DNA of 63,784 nucleotides from Octopus bimaculoides (Eukaryota). The notes under the pieces were generated by a model, which had not been told where the DNA came from, did no database searches, and saw only the letters and a program-made list of their open reading frames with translations. Shown here piece after piece: positions 51,228 to 63,474 of the stretch. Every line of letters begins with the position of its first letter. The stretch's first letter is position 1. Where the stretch lies: the NCBI RefSeq assembly GCF_001194135.2, contig NC_068989.1, positions 40,610,992-40,674,775 on the forward strand. The letters run 5' to 3'. The position numbers and the translations under genes are program-made.

Positions 51228-52289
51228 GTAAGTGACACATTAACTCATTCAATGGATCAGTACTATATATTTTTATATTTTTCTCGGGCTTGTATTTAAT
51301 ATTTATTTTCAGGCCAGAACTCAGTGTGAATAATAATCGAAGACGTTCAAACTATACTAGAGTTAGGGTTACTTTATTTAGTGTTTTCTATTTTACGATA
51401 TTAAAATGTTATTTGGGTAAATTTTGACTGCTAACTTTAGCATTAAGTGGGACTGTGCAGATGCCATTTACCTATTGTTAAATTACACGACTCGATTACA
51501 TTTTTTATAACGGATCTCCGTCGTTTGACGATTCATTTGTGTGATCAACTAAATAACCAGTACCAGAATTAACACTGAAGGACATTACATTTAGTGCGAA
51601 AGGCCATTAATACTAGTTTACATAAAATAAATTTTGACGAATGGTGTTACTATTCCGACTGGTACGCTATTTTTTTCCATAATAAACCACCAGAACGAAC
51701 AAACACAAATAGCATTCTTTCCAACTTTACAGACCGCATTCGTAATGATCCCAAACATAGATCACTTGCGCAACGAAATTATCATAGAATAAAAAGAGAC
51801 CTGGACATGTGAGTGACACGATCGCTTAACACAATCACTAAACCTCACAGTATCTTTCATCCACACGACCAACACCATTCTAAAAGGCAACTTTTCCCTA
51901 ATCAATCTAGTGAAACTTTAAAAAAATGAAGCACAATTACGAAAATAATAGTAGCAGCAATAATCTTGTTAGTACATATTAATGTCATGAGATGCATTTC
52001 AATACAGATGAAGGTAAACGAAAAATAATCCAAACACTGATCGTGTCTACCACTTTTGACTTCACTGTGGATACCAGCGGATATATACAGCAAATCAAAA
52101 AAGACATGAAGTTAGTATAATATTATTATACTTCTATGCTGCATCTGGTAGTATTAATTACTGCATAATATGTCACACATTATGTTACTAAACTAGATAG
52201 CGCCATAAGATATCTATACCTTTGTGCTATATTTTCATGTTTTGAGTATTCTATATCATAATAATAGTTTCTATTATAAGCACAAGGAC

Positions 52290-52730
52290 TGGATTTTGTG
52301 GGGAGGGAGACAATCGATTACAACGACCCCAGTGTTTCACTGGTATTTAATTTATCAACTCTGAATGGATGAAAGGCAAAGTCGAACTCGGCAGAATTGG
52401 AACTCAGAACGTAGCGACGAGCAAAACACCGCTAAACATTTCGTCCAGCGTGCTAAGGATTCTGCCAGCTCACCGCTTTCAATAATAACAATGATGATAA
52501 TAATAATAATAATAATTATCCTTTCTACAACAGGTATAAAACCTGGAATTTTGAAGGGATAGAGCTAGTCGACTACATCGACCCCAGTGCATGACTGATA
52601 CTTATTTCATCACTGCCCAAAGGATGAAAGCTAAAGTCAACCTCGGCAGAATATGAACTCAGAATGTAAAGACGGACGAAATGCTGCTAAGCATTTTATT
52701 CAACGTCCTAATGATACTGCCAGCTCACCA
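52290..52730 (-). mobile_element. Two tandem SINE copies in the GPCR intron
   Basis: Two head/core/tail units separated by (ATA)n. Confidence 0.8.
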
Positions 52731-52999
52731 CTTTAATAATAATAACGATAATACCGTCAATGAAGCAGCTCATACAAAAGCAATGAATGAATTCTGACGG
52801 AGTATTGGTGGGTGTATACGGTAGAAATTTAATGCTTGACAGTATTTTAGTTTCATACCGCCACGTTGTCAGTGGAAATGAGCTAGGGTGTGTTTTGTCG
52901 GTAGGCAAATGCCACACTCAAATATTTCTCGACTTCAGAAACCCGTGAATTTAGGGAACAAGAGTGAGAAAGCCTTTGGCAAAAATCATGCTCCCAAAC

Positions 53000-53125
53000 C
53001 ACAAGTTTCTGAGTTCAGTACCCTTGCGTGGCAACATGGGCAAGTGTCTTCTACTATAGCCTCGAGCAGACTAAACCCTTATGAGTGGATTTGGTAGACG
53101 GAACCTGAAAGAATCCCGTCGTGTG
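53000..53125 (+). mobile_element. SINE fragment (ccttgggcaag-core family)
   Basis: gggcaagtgtcttctactatagcctcgagcagactaaacc...gagtggatttggtagacggaa. Confidence 0.75.
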
Positions 53126-53130
53126 TGTGA

Positions 53131-53166
<36 letters not shown>

Positions 53167-54529
53167 CAGTATGTGTTTGTGTTTTGACTAACACATACAT
53201 TTCCACAATTCTCAACCGATTTTCACCAACATTTACACACACACATTACTTATGTTCCAAGGATGGTCATGGACTATAACATATTGTCCAGAGCTCCCAC
53301 GTAAATGGACAAACCGGGCAAAGAGGTGGTTTACACGTTTTTTTTTTCTAATTCGTTGTATGTAAATAGGTTTTCTAAGTAGGGTTTTCTATACATTTTG
53401 AATCTATATGGTCGTATATTGGCATTAAAGAATATTTTTTAGTCAGTTTTCACATTTTTTAAATTTTTTATTTGTATGTTGTAATTGTTTATTATTACCT
53501 CGTTAGAGAGTATCATCAAAGTGATAGGATTTTGTCTATTTATTTCGAGTGTCCACCTGCGACGGTGATTAAATTGACTAGGAACTGTGTATGCGATGAA
53601 TATCCAATAGCAATCAATCTTAATCTCCATATTTAAACTACATCAAACTTTGGAAAGCTTACCTTTACCTATTCTGAGTTACTTGAAAGGTGATGTACCC
53701 TTTCTTCACTTCTATTAGTCGATACCTTTGTTTACCTACCGATGCGTTGTTTCACTTTAAATATGCTTATTTACTCATCCATTACGATATTTCTAACGCA
53801 ACATTTTTTCACTGCGAACTGCTAAAGATTCAAAGCAGCATTCGTGAACTGAAGTCAAACTCTTCCCGTTGTCATTTTTCGTTACCTGAAGTCAATTTCA
53901 GAGTGGTCGTACAGTGTACGCACATAGCAAATATATTTTTTTAACTCTACTTTTTCAAGTAGATATAATATTGCCATTTTTAAAGTACCAATCATACNNN
54001 NNNNNNNNNNNNNNNNNNNNNNNNNNNNNNNNNNNNNNNNNNNNNNNNNNNNNNNNNNNNNNNNNNNNNNNNNNNNNNNNNNNNNNNNNNNNNNNNNNNN
54101 NNNNNNNNNNNNNNNNNNNNNNNNNNNNNNNNNNNNNNNNNNNNNNNNNNNNNNNNNNNNNNNNNNNNNNNNNNNNNNNNNNNNNNNNNNNNNNNNNNNN
54201 NNNNNNNNNNNNNNNNNNNNNNNNNNNNNNNNNNNNNNNNNNNNNNNNNNNNNNNNNNNNNNNNNNNNNNNNNNNNNNNNNNNNNNNNNNNNNNNNNNNN
54301 NNNNNNNNNNNNNNNNNNNNNNNNNNNNNNNNNNNNNNNNNNNNNNNNNNNNNNNNNNNNNNNNNNNNNNNNNNNNNNNNNNNNNNNNNNNNNNNNNNNN
54401 NNNNNNNNNNNNNNNNNNNNNNNNNNNNNNNNNNNNNNNNNNNNNNNNNNNNNNNNNNNNNNNNNNNNNNNNNNNNNNNNNNNNNNNNNNNNNNNNATAT
54501 ATATATAGTGTGTGTGTGTGTCTCCCCTC

Positions 54530-54725
54530 CCAGTATCGCTTGACAACCGATGTTGGTGTTTTTACGACCCCGCCACTTACCAGTTTGGCAACAGAATCTG
54601 ATGGAATTAGTACTAGGCTTCCAAAGAATAAGTCTTGGATTTGATTTCGCTGACTAAAAAAAAAAACTTTAAGGTGGTGCTCCAGTATATGGCCGCAGTG
54701 AAATGACTGAAACAACTAAAAGAAG
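54530..54725 (+). mobile_element. SINE 3' module after a microsatellite and gap
   Basis: cgcttgacaaccgatgttggtg...aatgactgaaacaactaaaaga. Confidence 0.75.
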
Positions 54726-55127
54726 AAAGGAGTATGTCTACTTCGGCAATTGAACGTTCTGAGACCAATCAGAATCGGGTTTCGATAACTTGCTTTTTGT
54801 ATCCTACTGCCGTTGTCGATTAAGTCACTATCAGTTATTTAACAAGTATGCATCGATGGTAAACCTCATCTGGTGTGATGATCATAGTGGTTCCGATTCT
54901 TGTTTAGAGGAATTTACTTCACTTCTATAGAGTTAATGCAAAACATAAAGCCACTTATCAAACACATTGTTCCTCAATTCTTTTATTATAGATTTCTATC
55001 AATATAACATATTATTGAAAAGTAATATTTATTGCCACATCAATATGGCTGTTCGACCATCCTACCGTTTTAAACCCCAGGACGCGTTGTATAGTGAAAC
55101 TGTACACCCCTCCCGGTAAAAAAAAAA

Positions 55128-56990
55128 TGTGGTAGTAGGCAGCCATTATAAATAGACCAGTAGCCGGTCGACAGAAAAAGGTCGAAGGTCAGGAGTACAT
55201 GTAGACTGAATTTATGCTTGTTGAATTGTGATCATGGTTATTGAACTTGTATTTTTCGTTGAACTGTTGAAGATTTTGTGTGGCTTCCCCATTTATGGGT
55301 GAAGCAGAGAATATTGGAAATGTGCAGTCGCAAACTGGAAGCTATGCTGCAGTAACAGGCAGAAACCTATCGGCCGAGCTCTTGCAGATAAGAGATTTGG
55401 AAGTCGGAAATAAAGACTTCTAGAAATTTAACCAACTATTGAAGAAAGAAGGTGATAGCCTGAGGCTAACGCTAGCAAAAGAAACAACAGAGAAGGCAGA
55501 GAGAAAGACAATAACCTACCGTACGTTAAATATAGCTACAAATAAAATAGAAATTGATAATGTCGACGAGATAGAGGAGTGCTGGAAGGATATTAAAGAC
55601 GTAATAACGTTTTTTAATATAGGAAGAAAATACGGCACGGTGGAGGTACGCTTCGTTAATGAAAACGAAGCGAAAAAATACTCCACCGTAGCCTTGAAAT
55701 CATCGATATGGGCACTACTACCGACGTACTGCGGAATGCGCGCAACACGAGTTCGAATCGGTCGGGTGCCACCTGAAATTGAAGAAGACTGTCTGGTGAC
55801 GGCAATTTTATTCAATGCGGAGGAAAATACAGGAATTTTTAAAATTTCAAAGACAACAGAGGTCAACTCGTGGGGTATGGCCTTGGGGTCATACTGCATA
55901 TCACCTTGTCAGACCTCCACAATATTGCAGAGGAGGTGGTTCTACCTGATGAAACCAGGCTGAGGTTAATGGTGGAGGGCAGGCTACCAGTATGTTACGG
56001 TTGCGGTGTAAGGGGGCGCATAAAAGCAAAGTGCCCCCAGAAGCAAGGACAAGTGGCAGAGGATTGTCAGGGGGAGGACAAAAGTACGGTGGTAGTGGAA
56101 AAAGAAATAGCAGCAGCCGAAACCGAGAGAGAAGGAAAGGGTGAGTCACCACCCAAAAGGAAAAGAAAAGCAACACAGGAAAAGAGAAAGAATGAAGTAA
56201 CACCAAGTCAAACGCTAGAACCCGAACCAGAGCCTTCTACAAGCAAAGATGAGGAGAAACAGAAAGAACGACCGAAAAGAAGAACAGAGTCAGGAAATAT
56301 ACCAACAGAAAAATATGACAAAAGAATGGTCGTTTATAAAAGAAACAGAGAGAGAAAAACAGGTAACAAAGATAAAAGGCGTTGTAAGAGTCAGATTGTC
56401 AGACGAAAACACCATAGCAGTGTTGCTGGATGATGGAAAAGCGACAAAGCTGACGGAGAGATTTGGTGAAAGAATTGAATGTACGACGATTAAAGTGAAA
56501 TACGATGAGATGCCAGTTGTAGTGGGTCTTGCGGACGTGGATTTTTTCTGGGATTACTAAAACAAGGTAAAATATAATTTTAATAAATCATGATAAATAC
56601 TGAACAGTTAGAACAGTTAAATGGAACGTTTTGCTTTGGTGGGTGGGAAGCCATTTCATCATCATTAATTAATAATCCATAAATCATTCGTTTATTTTTC
56701 TTTCCCCATGTACGTCTTTTGTATTGTCCCACTGTAAACTCTGTATAAAATGGCTTTATGCCAATAATAAAGAGAATAGTACGTGTAGACTGTTGATACT
56801 CGTGTCTGTGCTGATATAGTAATTATATTGTGTTACTAAGTGGACGTTATAACGATCCCACCTTTTGAGGATAATAACACTGTTACAAGTGGTGGGTCGT
56901 ACAGTGCCAGATAGAACCATTCTATTGATGACTTCTGAATATAAAAACACCTCCCAGAGCGACAACCGTCGTCAAAAGACAGGTACAACA
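55128..56990 (+). mobile_element. Gypsy 5' LTR (~278 bp; 55128-55208 plus 56794-56990) split by copy F
   Basis: Starts TGT and ends ACA, directly followed by a PBS. Removing F and one TSD copy gives a contiguous LTR. Confidence 0.75.
55209..56778 (+). mobile_element. ORF1-only retroelement copy F (subfamily III, 1570 bp)
   Basis: GSYAAVTG, NIGRKYGTVEVRF, LLPTYCGMRATRVRIGRVPPEI, VEGRLPVCYGCGVRGRIKAKCP. Ends aataataaaagagaat. 15-bp TSD agtac(a/g)tgtagactg at 55194-55208 and 56779-56793. Confidence 0.9.
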
Positions 56991-57002
56991 GTGGCGACGA
57001 GG
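56991..57002 (+). promoter_or_regulatory. Primer-binding site complementary to the 3' end of tRNA-Ser(GCU)
   Basis: TGGCGACGAGG is the reverse complement of CCUCGUCGCCA, the 3' end of metazoan tRNA-Ser(GCU) as I recall it. Confidence 0.7.
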
Positions 57003-57229
57003 GAAAGCTAATTCACGCGGAGTGAAAAGGAAAACATTCATACGAAGAGTTTAAACTAATTCACACGAAAAAATAAATAACTCAACTAAAAAGAAACAAA
57101 AATCTTGTGCAAACTTACGAAAATCATAAAATATCATAAAATAGACTTGTTAGCTGTGATAGTTGTGTTGCAAACCAAAAACAACTGAAGGAACAACGAT
57201 AACAACAACAATGGTAGTAGGAGCAAATA

Positions 57230-57900
57230 TTGCACCCAATGAAGTTGATAACCAAACCGGAGAATACGTTTTCACCTGACCATGTAGCAAATGCTATAAG
57301 CGAATTCATATGTGGCCCCCGAACAAGGAATAACCTTCGAGGCTTACTTTCGAAGATTTCAACAAATTTTTGAAAACGAGTGTAAGTTGATATTTTGTGT
57401 AAAATGTTTAGTGAAGTGAACTCATTGTTTAATAGTAGATGGAAATGTTTAAACATAGAAATGAGCGAAAATGAAGACTTCACTACTCACACAGACAGTC
57501 AACAAAGAATATGAGAGATTTAGGCTACATATGCTTACTCCAGATTTTTTCAAGTGTTTGATTTTTGCAGAAGGATTGACAGCTAGAAGGGATGCAGAAA
57601 TCCGAAAGAAAATTCTATCAAAACTGGAAATGAACCAGGATTTGACACTGCAGAAACTGTTGGAAGATTGTGACAGGATATGAAAATGAAGGTATGACAC
57701 GGAAGAAATTTCAACGGAAAATGTGTTCGCACACAAGACTACTGCAAAAAAATATTAGGATGTAGACCTATGCATGGCCTGTGGAGGGATGCACCTGAAA
57801 AAAGATTGTCCTTATAAAAACAGTGTTTTCGCTGCGGGTTTACAGAACATATAAAATAGCACTGCAATATTAGAATGATAGGAAAATGGAAGAAACAAGA
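57230..57900 (+). pseudogene. Decayed Gypsy gag
   Basis: FKCLIFAEGLTARRDAEIRKKILSKLEMNQDLTLQKLLEDCDRI followed by degenerate knuckle QCFRCGFTEHIK. Confidence 0.75.
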
Positions 57901-58234
57901 AGAAATAAGTAGTTTGTCTGCAGGAAAAGTTATGAATACAACAAACAGAAAATTCTTGAATGTGAGAATCGCATTCATAAATGAGAAAACATAGGAACAA
58001 ATGAGTAAACCAAAATCATGTAGTTCAAACAAAATAGCGTACGGTGTTACTAGAAGAAAATGATATTTCAGGGATGAACGTGGTTGTAATGTAATGTTCG
58101 AAGGTCGAACCAAAAACGTGTATGTTTATGTGNNNNNNNNNNNNNNNNNNNNNNNNNNNNNNNNNNNNNNNNNNNNNNNNNNNNNNNNNNNNNNNNNNNN
58201 NNNNNNNNNNNNNNNNNNNNNNNNNNNNNNNNTC

Positions 58235-58350
58235 GATTTTACCTTTCATCTTTTCGGGCTCGATAAAATAAGTACCAGTTGAGCTGTGAGGTCGATGTGA
58301 TTAACCGTCCCCATTGCCCCGAAATTGCTGGCCTTGTGCCAAAATTTGAA
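58235..58350 (+). mobile_element. SINE 3' half
   Basis: Core plus the ggccttgtgccaaaatttgaa tail. Confidence 0.75.
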
Positions 58351-59927
58351 AAAAATATTACGGATAGGTGCATACATATATACACACAAAAACACACGTT
58401 TCTACATTGATATCTCTTGCACTGAGGATTGCGTATTTACACATGCAATTCTGAAATATCTAAATCTGCAATCACATATGGATATTTACTTTGATATCGA
58501 TCGTGTTTTGTTTCCAATATATCTAACTGGTCATCTCCATATATATTTTTGTTATTTCATTTCAAAATATCGATTTACTTAGCTATTAATGTAGCAATGT
58601 ATGTATTGCGATATGTATTTTATCATTGCTAAATAGCGCAATGCTAACCTTAATTCATTCACATTTATTTCGAGAGAGATGTTACGCATATACATCCATT
58701 ACGTTTAATGCTGGTCCTTCTGTTTGTACTCTTCCGTTTCGTTTCTCTTAAACAAAATACATTATACCGTTCTATTATAACATACATATCATTATAATAT
58801 CGGTTTTTCTTCAACTGATGGTATATTAAATATAAAGTTTTAGTGGTCACATAAACAGATGCAATCCCATTATCTGTATACTTCTTCGATGTATCAACAT
58901 TTAACTATTCACACATACATATTTAAAACAAACACTCGCATACATATATTTATATATACGTTTATGGCAGTCAGTATCGCGCACGCGTGTGTATTTATAT
59001 ATAAAATAGACAGGTAACCTGAAATTAAGCACCGAGAGGAAAGTCAAACAAAAATGGCATGGAGAATTAATAAATACGTAAAAAATAATCATTCTTTGCT
59101 GTCTAAACATGGAACAAAGCAATAACGGATATAACACATACACACATTCACTGCCTCTGACTGAATCATCGATTCAAATAAATAACTAGCGCTTATGTTG
59201 TATTTATTTCCATTCCATGATTTATCTCTTTACTTCTACTTAGAATTTCTTATGATACTTTAAATCTGGTTTTAAGTTGAATTTGCGCTAATCTCGAAAT
59301 AGAAAAACACTTTTTCTCTCATTTTATTTAGTGTTTAATACCCATGGGTTATACAACTGTTCTTCTCTAACAATTTAAGTTTCTTGTAACGTTTAATTAA
59401 AATTGTTTGCTCAGCCTATTTTGCGCAATAAACTTTCATCACCTTTTCATGTAGACTAATAGAAACATTACTTGCTGTTGTGCTCGTGCCATAGAACAAA
59501 TGCTCGTGGCTGATGGAGTTTATATTTTGTATTTAATTTATATATTTCTTTACTGTGGTTCCAATGTTCGCTTGCAGTGAAGTTTGAAGATCTCTTTCAT
59601 TTTAATTTCTATATCTTCTATTTCATAATTGCGTGTGAATATTGATCTTTTGTGTTAAGAGAAATATACTTTCGAGGTTTTAGTGAGTGTATATAACTCC
59701 ACATTAGTGTATGAGTGTATACATAACTTTTTGGGTATGTCTGTAAAAATGTAGATATTTACAGATAGTTATGTATGGATAAATAAATATGTATGCGCGT
59801 GGGCGTCGTTTTGGTTAATTCGTTTGTGAGTGTAATTCTGATATAAGATAGCGTGTTTACAGTTAGTTCTACAGTAAATCAGATTTTTTGAAGTATTTTC
59901 TCCCTTCATCAATGTTTATATTGTTGT

Positions 59928-60155
59928 AAGAGCTGGTAGAAACGTTAGCACACCGGCGAAATGCTTAGCGGTATTTCGTCTGCCGTTACATTCTGACTTC
60001 AAATTCCGCCGAGGTCAACTTTGCCTTTCATCCTTTCGTGGTCGATAAATAAAGTACCACTTACGCACTGGGGTCGGTGTAATCGACTTAATCACTTTGT
60101 CTGTCCTTGTTTGTCCCCTCTATGTTTAGCCTCTTGTGAGCAATAAAGAAATAAG
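59928..60155 (+). mobile_element. Uninterrupted SINE of the cggtat subfamily (empty target site)
   Basis: gcttagCGGTATttcgtc at 59963-59980. Tail ttgtcccctctatgtttagcctcttgtgagcaataaagaaataag. Flanking taagagct duplication. Confidence 0.9.
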
Positions 60156-60196
60156 AGCTATGACTTCGTAGTAACTAGTTAATGTATGCAATGTGC

Positions 60197-60241
<45 letters not shown>

Positions 60242-60269
60242 GTGTGTGCGTGTACTNNNNNNNNNNATA

Positions 60270-60307
<38 letters not shown>

Positions 60308-60361
60308 GTGTGTGCGTGTACTGTGTGAGCGTGCATAAAACAATGTCGTGAATTGGCTGCA

Positions 60362-61028
60362 TCTTAGAGCATTAGATAGAATGTTGTGCACTTGGTTTAC
60401 CGTGTCCCCCAAACATGTACTGAGAGCGATAAAAATCAAACATCCAGTCAACATCATAGTGTTTGGAGTGATCACTAGTGATGGCGACGTTCTTCCTCCA
60501 TTTATCTTCCCAGAATGCCTCACACAACATGGAGGCCCACATCAAGTGCCTTGGGGAGGTAGTGCTGCCCTGGATCAAGAGGGTGGCTGCTGGAAGACCC
60601 TATGTCTAACGACAAGACTCTGCAGGATGCCACAAAATAAGGAGAACCCAGTCATGGCTGTCAAACAATTTCTGCGCCCACATCACTCCTAACATCTGGC
60701 CACCTAACTTCCCGGATTACAACCCCCTTGATTATTATGTGTGGGGAGCAGTTGAGCGAGAGAACAACAAAACTCCTTGTAACACCAACGATGAAATGAA
60801 GGCAAGCATTATGACATCATTCACCAACTTAAACAAGGAGACCGTCCAGGAGATTCCGAAGTCGTCTGGAGGCAGTGGTTGAAGCCAATGGGATTTTATT
60901 GAAGAAATTTACTCTTTAGTATTTCAAGATATTTTCATGTAATTTTGGTAGATATATCTGTTAAAAGGAGATGTCAGTGTTATTTTCATCTTTTGTAATT
61001 TAACGACAGTTTATTCACCACACTCTGC
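60362..61028 (+). mobile_element. Tc1/mariner (maT/DD37D-like) 3' half
   Basis: KHPVNIIVFGVITSDGDVLPPFIFP and WPPNFPDYNPLDYYVWGAVERE. Terminal ccacactctg. Confidence 0.85.
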
Positions 61029-61220
61029 ATATATATATGCAGCTGAGGAGTACATTTTCATTGCACATCTTATGTGGTGTTCTCACTACATAAATAAATG
61101 AAGTTTGTACGAAACGTACGTACTGCTATAACCTAATACATTCTTGTTGCTTTTTTCAAATTTTATTAACCAAATCGAATCTTTTGATTAAATTTATATA
61201 ATAATAATAATAATTATTAT

Positions 61221-61264
<44 letters not shown>

Positions 61265-61265
<1 letters not shown>

Positions 61266-61540
61266 GGTGTATGATTAGGCTGTTGGATTCCTCGCGAGAT
61301 TCGTAGAACTGATGTTGTGTTGTGTTCTTGAGCATAACACTTTACCTCATGCTGCTCTGCAATCACTTCGACACTTGACGCGAGGCACTCAGTGCACGTG
61401 TCCACACTACGCCGATTTGATGGAAAGCGTGAGCTAATGTGCGGCACGAACATTTGATTACTATAAACAATTCATTTGAAGAGGTCGTTCAGCAAAAGGT
61501 GAACGCTCATTCGTCGTCTTCGACGGGAGAGTCCACCGTA
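61265..61540 (+). mobile_element. Decayed OR-type SINE 3' part
   Basis: gaggcactcagtgcacgtgtccac..gcacgaacatttgattact..tcgtcgtcttcgacgggagagtccac resembles the 37591-37976 family. Confidence 0.5.
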
Positions 61541-62522
61541 TGTATGCATGCATGCATGCATGTATGTATGGTGCCCCAGTGCGCCCACGTTCTCTGTCTC
61601 ACCTCTTTCTTTCTCCCCTAAAACACAAATAAGTACGTCTGGTTGTGCACCCACGTGCTCGTGTTGTCTACGGCTATCTGTGTACACTGGCAAATATGCG
61701 TGCTCTACGAGAATGCCTGCCCACATATGCGCGTTCTCTCTCTCTTTCTCTATGTATGTATACTCATTCGCCCACGCTCATGTGTGCGCGTATACACATA
61801 TACGTAAGTGTTCATGAGTGTGTACGTGGCTTTCAATGATATTCATAATACATGCATGTGTATATAGGTAAAATAGGTTTTTGCATGTGGAAATATGCTC
61901 ATGAATATGAAGCATGTACATCTACAGATATGCGTGCATTCGTATTTTGCTGTGATCGTGGAACTACATATCTGTATGCACGTGTGTTAATGTATCTGTG
62001 TTAATATCAGTCATGTTCAAATTTATATTTTAGAATGCATGAGTTCATATTTAGATAATTTGTTTTTTTAATTCATAGCATTGTTGACGTCTGCTTTTTG
62101 TTGTTTGTAGACATTAACCAATGCACTTGTGTAATAATTTTTTATGTGGTCAATTGAATGTGTGGTTGCAAGGGTAAACATCAATTGTGCTCACTTTTAA
62201 TCTGTTGGTGCATATATACGTGTGAGATAATGCATGCATGCCTGCGAGTGAGCTTATTTTTGTGTGCTCGCTTATGGACTTTCCAAACGGTGCCATGTAT
62301 TATCTCTCTCTCTCTACCTCTCGCTCCCTCCAACTCTCTACCTATCTATGTATCTATCTATGTATATATATATATATATATATAAGGTTATGAAGGGTAT
62401 TGGATTCAACCAAACCCAAAGATACAGGTAATACCGAGTAAGTGTTGTATACCAGCTAGTTTTGCCCCTGTCGTTGTATAAACATGAGTGGGGAATATAA
62501 CACAGGTTGTGTATTAGCGTGT

Positions 62523-62644
62523 GTATGTATAAAGAGAGAAAAGGATAGAGAGACCAATAGCAAAGTTAGAAATATACTTTATCCATAAAATATATTTCTA
62601 ACTTTGCCATTGGTCTCTTTATCTTTTTCTCTCTTTATACATAC
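62523..62644. repeat. ~120-bp hairpin (54-bp arms)
   Basis: gtatgtataaagagagaaaagga..caaagttagaaatata pairs with tatatttctaactttg..tctctttatacatac. Confidence 0.85.
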
Positions 62645-63474
62645 ATAAATATATATATATATATATATATATATTAATGTCCGCATGTATACGTAAGATC
62701 TTAATGTATTTTGCGTATTAAGTTGCTGTATCGTTGTTCGGTGTCAGTTGTGGTTGAAGCTTATGACCTTTAGTTAATGTTTGTTCTACATGTTTTTGTT
62801 ATAGTCTGATCGATTGATGGTGAACGTGGAAGAGTTAGTAGTATTCAAGTTTACCGACTTCATCTATAGTAACGATTATGATCAGTTTATCTTGTTCGGA
62901 CATGCAGAGTACGTTATAGCAGTGTTACGTGTGTGAATGTGTAAATGAGGCAAATTCATCTTGCTCTTTGTGTCCTAAGCGCGTAAGTGCTATAACATTG
63001 CATATATAGACAATACTTCACTCAAGGCACCGTGTGTTGACGTCCCATCTCTCGTTGCCGAACAATTTCAGCATTTATTAGAATAGTACCTAGAACTATT
63101 CAGATGTGTCCGTTTGGTTATTGAATATTACCATATTAGAAGAGCTGATGATCTACGCTAAGTTGTGTATACATGTATGCGATAGCTAAGGGGAAGAGGG
63201 AAGTGCTATAGTAGTAAAGAGAAAAAGGCCTGACAACAGGATTCGTAACAGCGACGTTGTAGGGTTTAAGCCAAGTTACCTTATGTAGGTTCCTTTTCCA
63301 TGCTTTCTTCGTTTGTGTCGTGTATTAGAAAAAGGGAAGAATTATATCACCTGATTGAAGCTACTTTTTGTAGTTTGTCATTGCTCGTATTCCTCGAAAA
63401 TTCTTTCGTTGGCAGGCAGTTGCAATATTAATTACGATAGTGTGTGTACTTGCATGTATGTGTATATGGGAGAA

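Noticed and set aside
60198-60321. ~58-bp direct duplication around a 10-N gap
   Set aside because: Typical unmerged contig overlap, so an assembly artefact.
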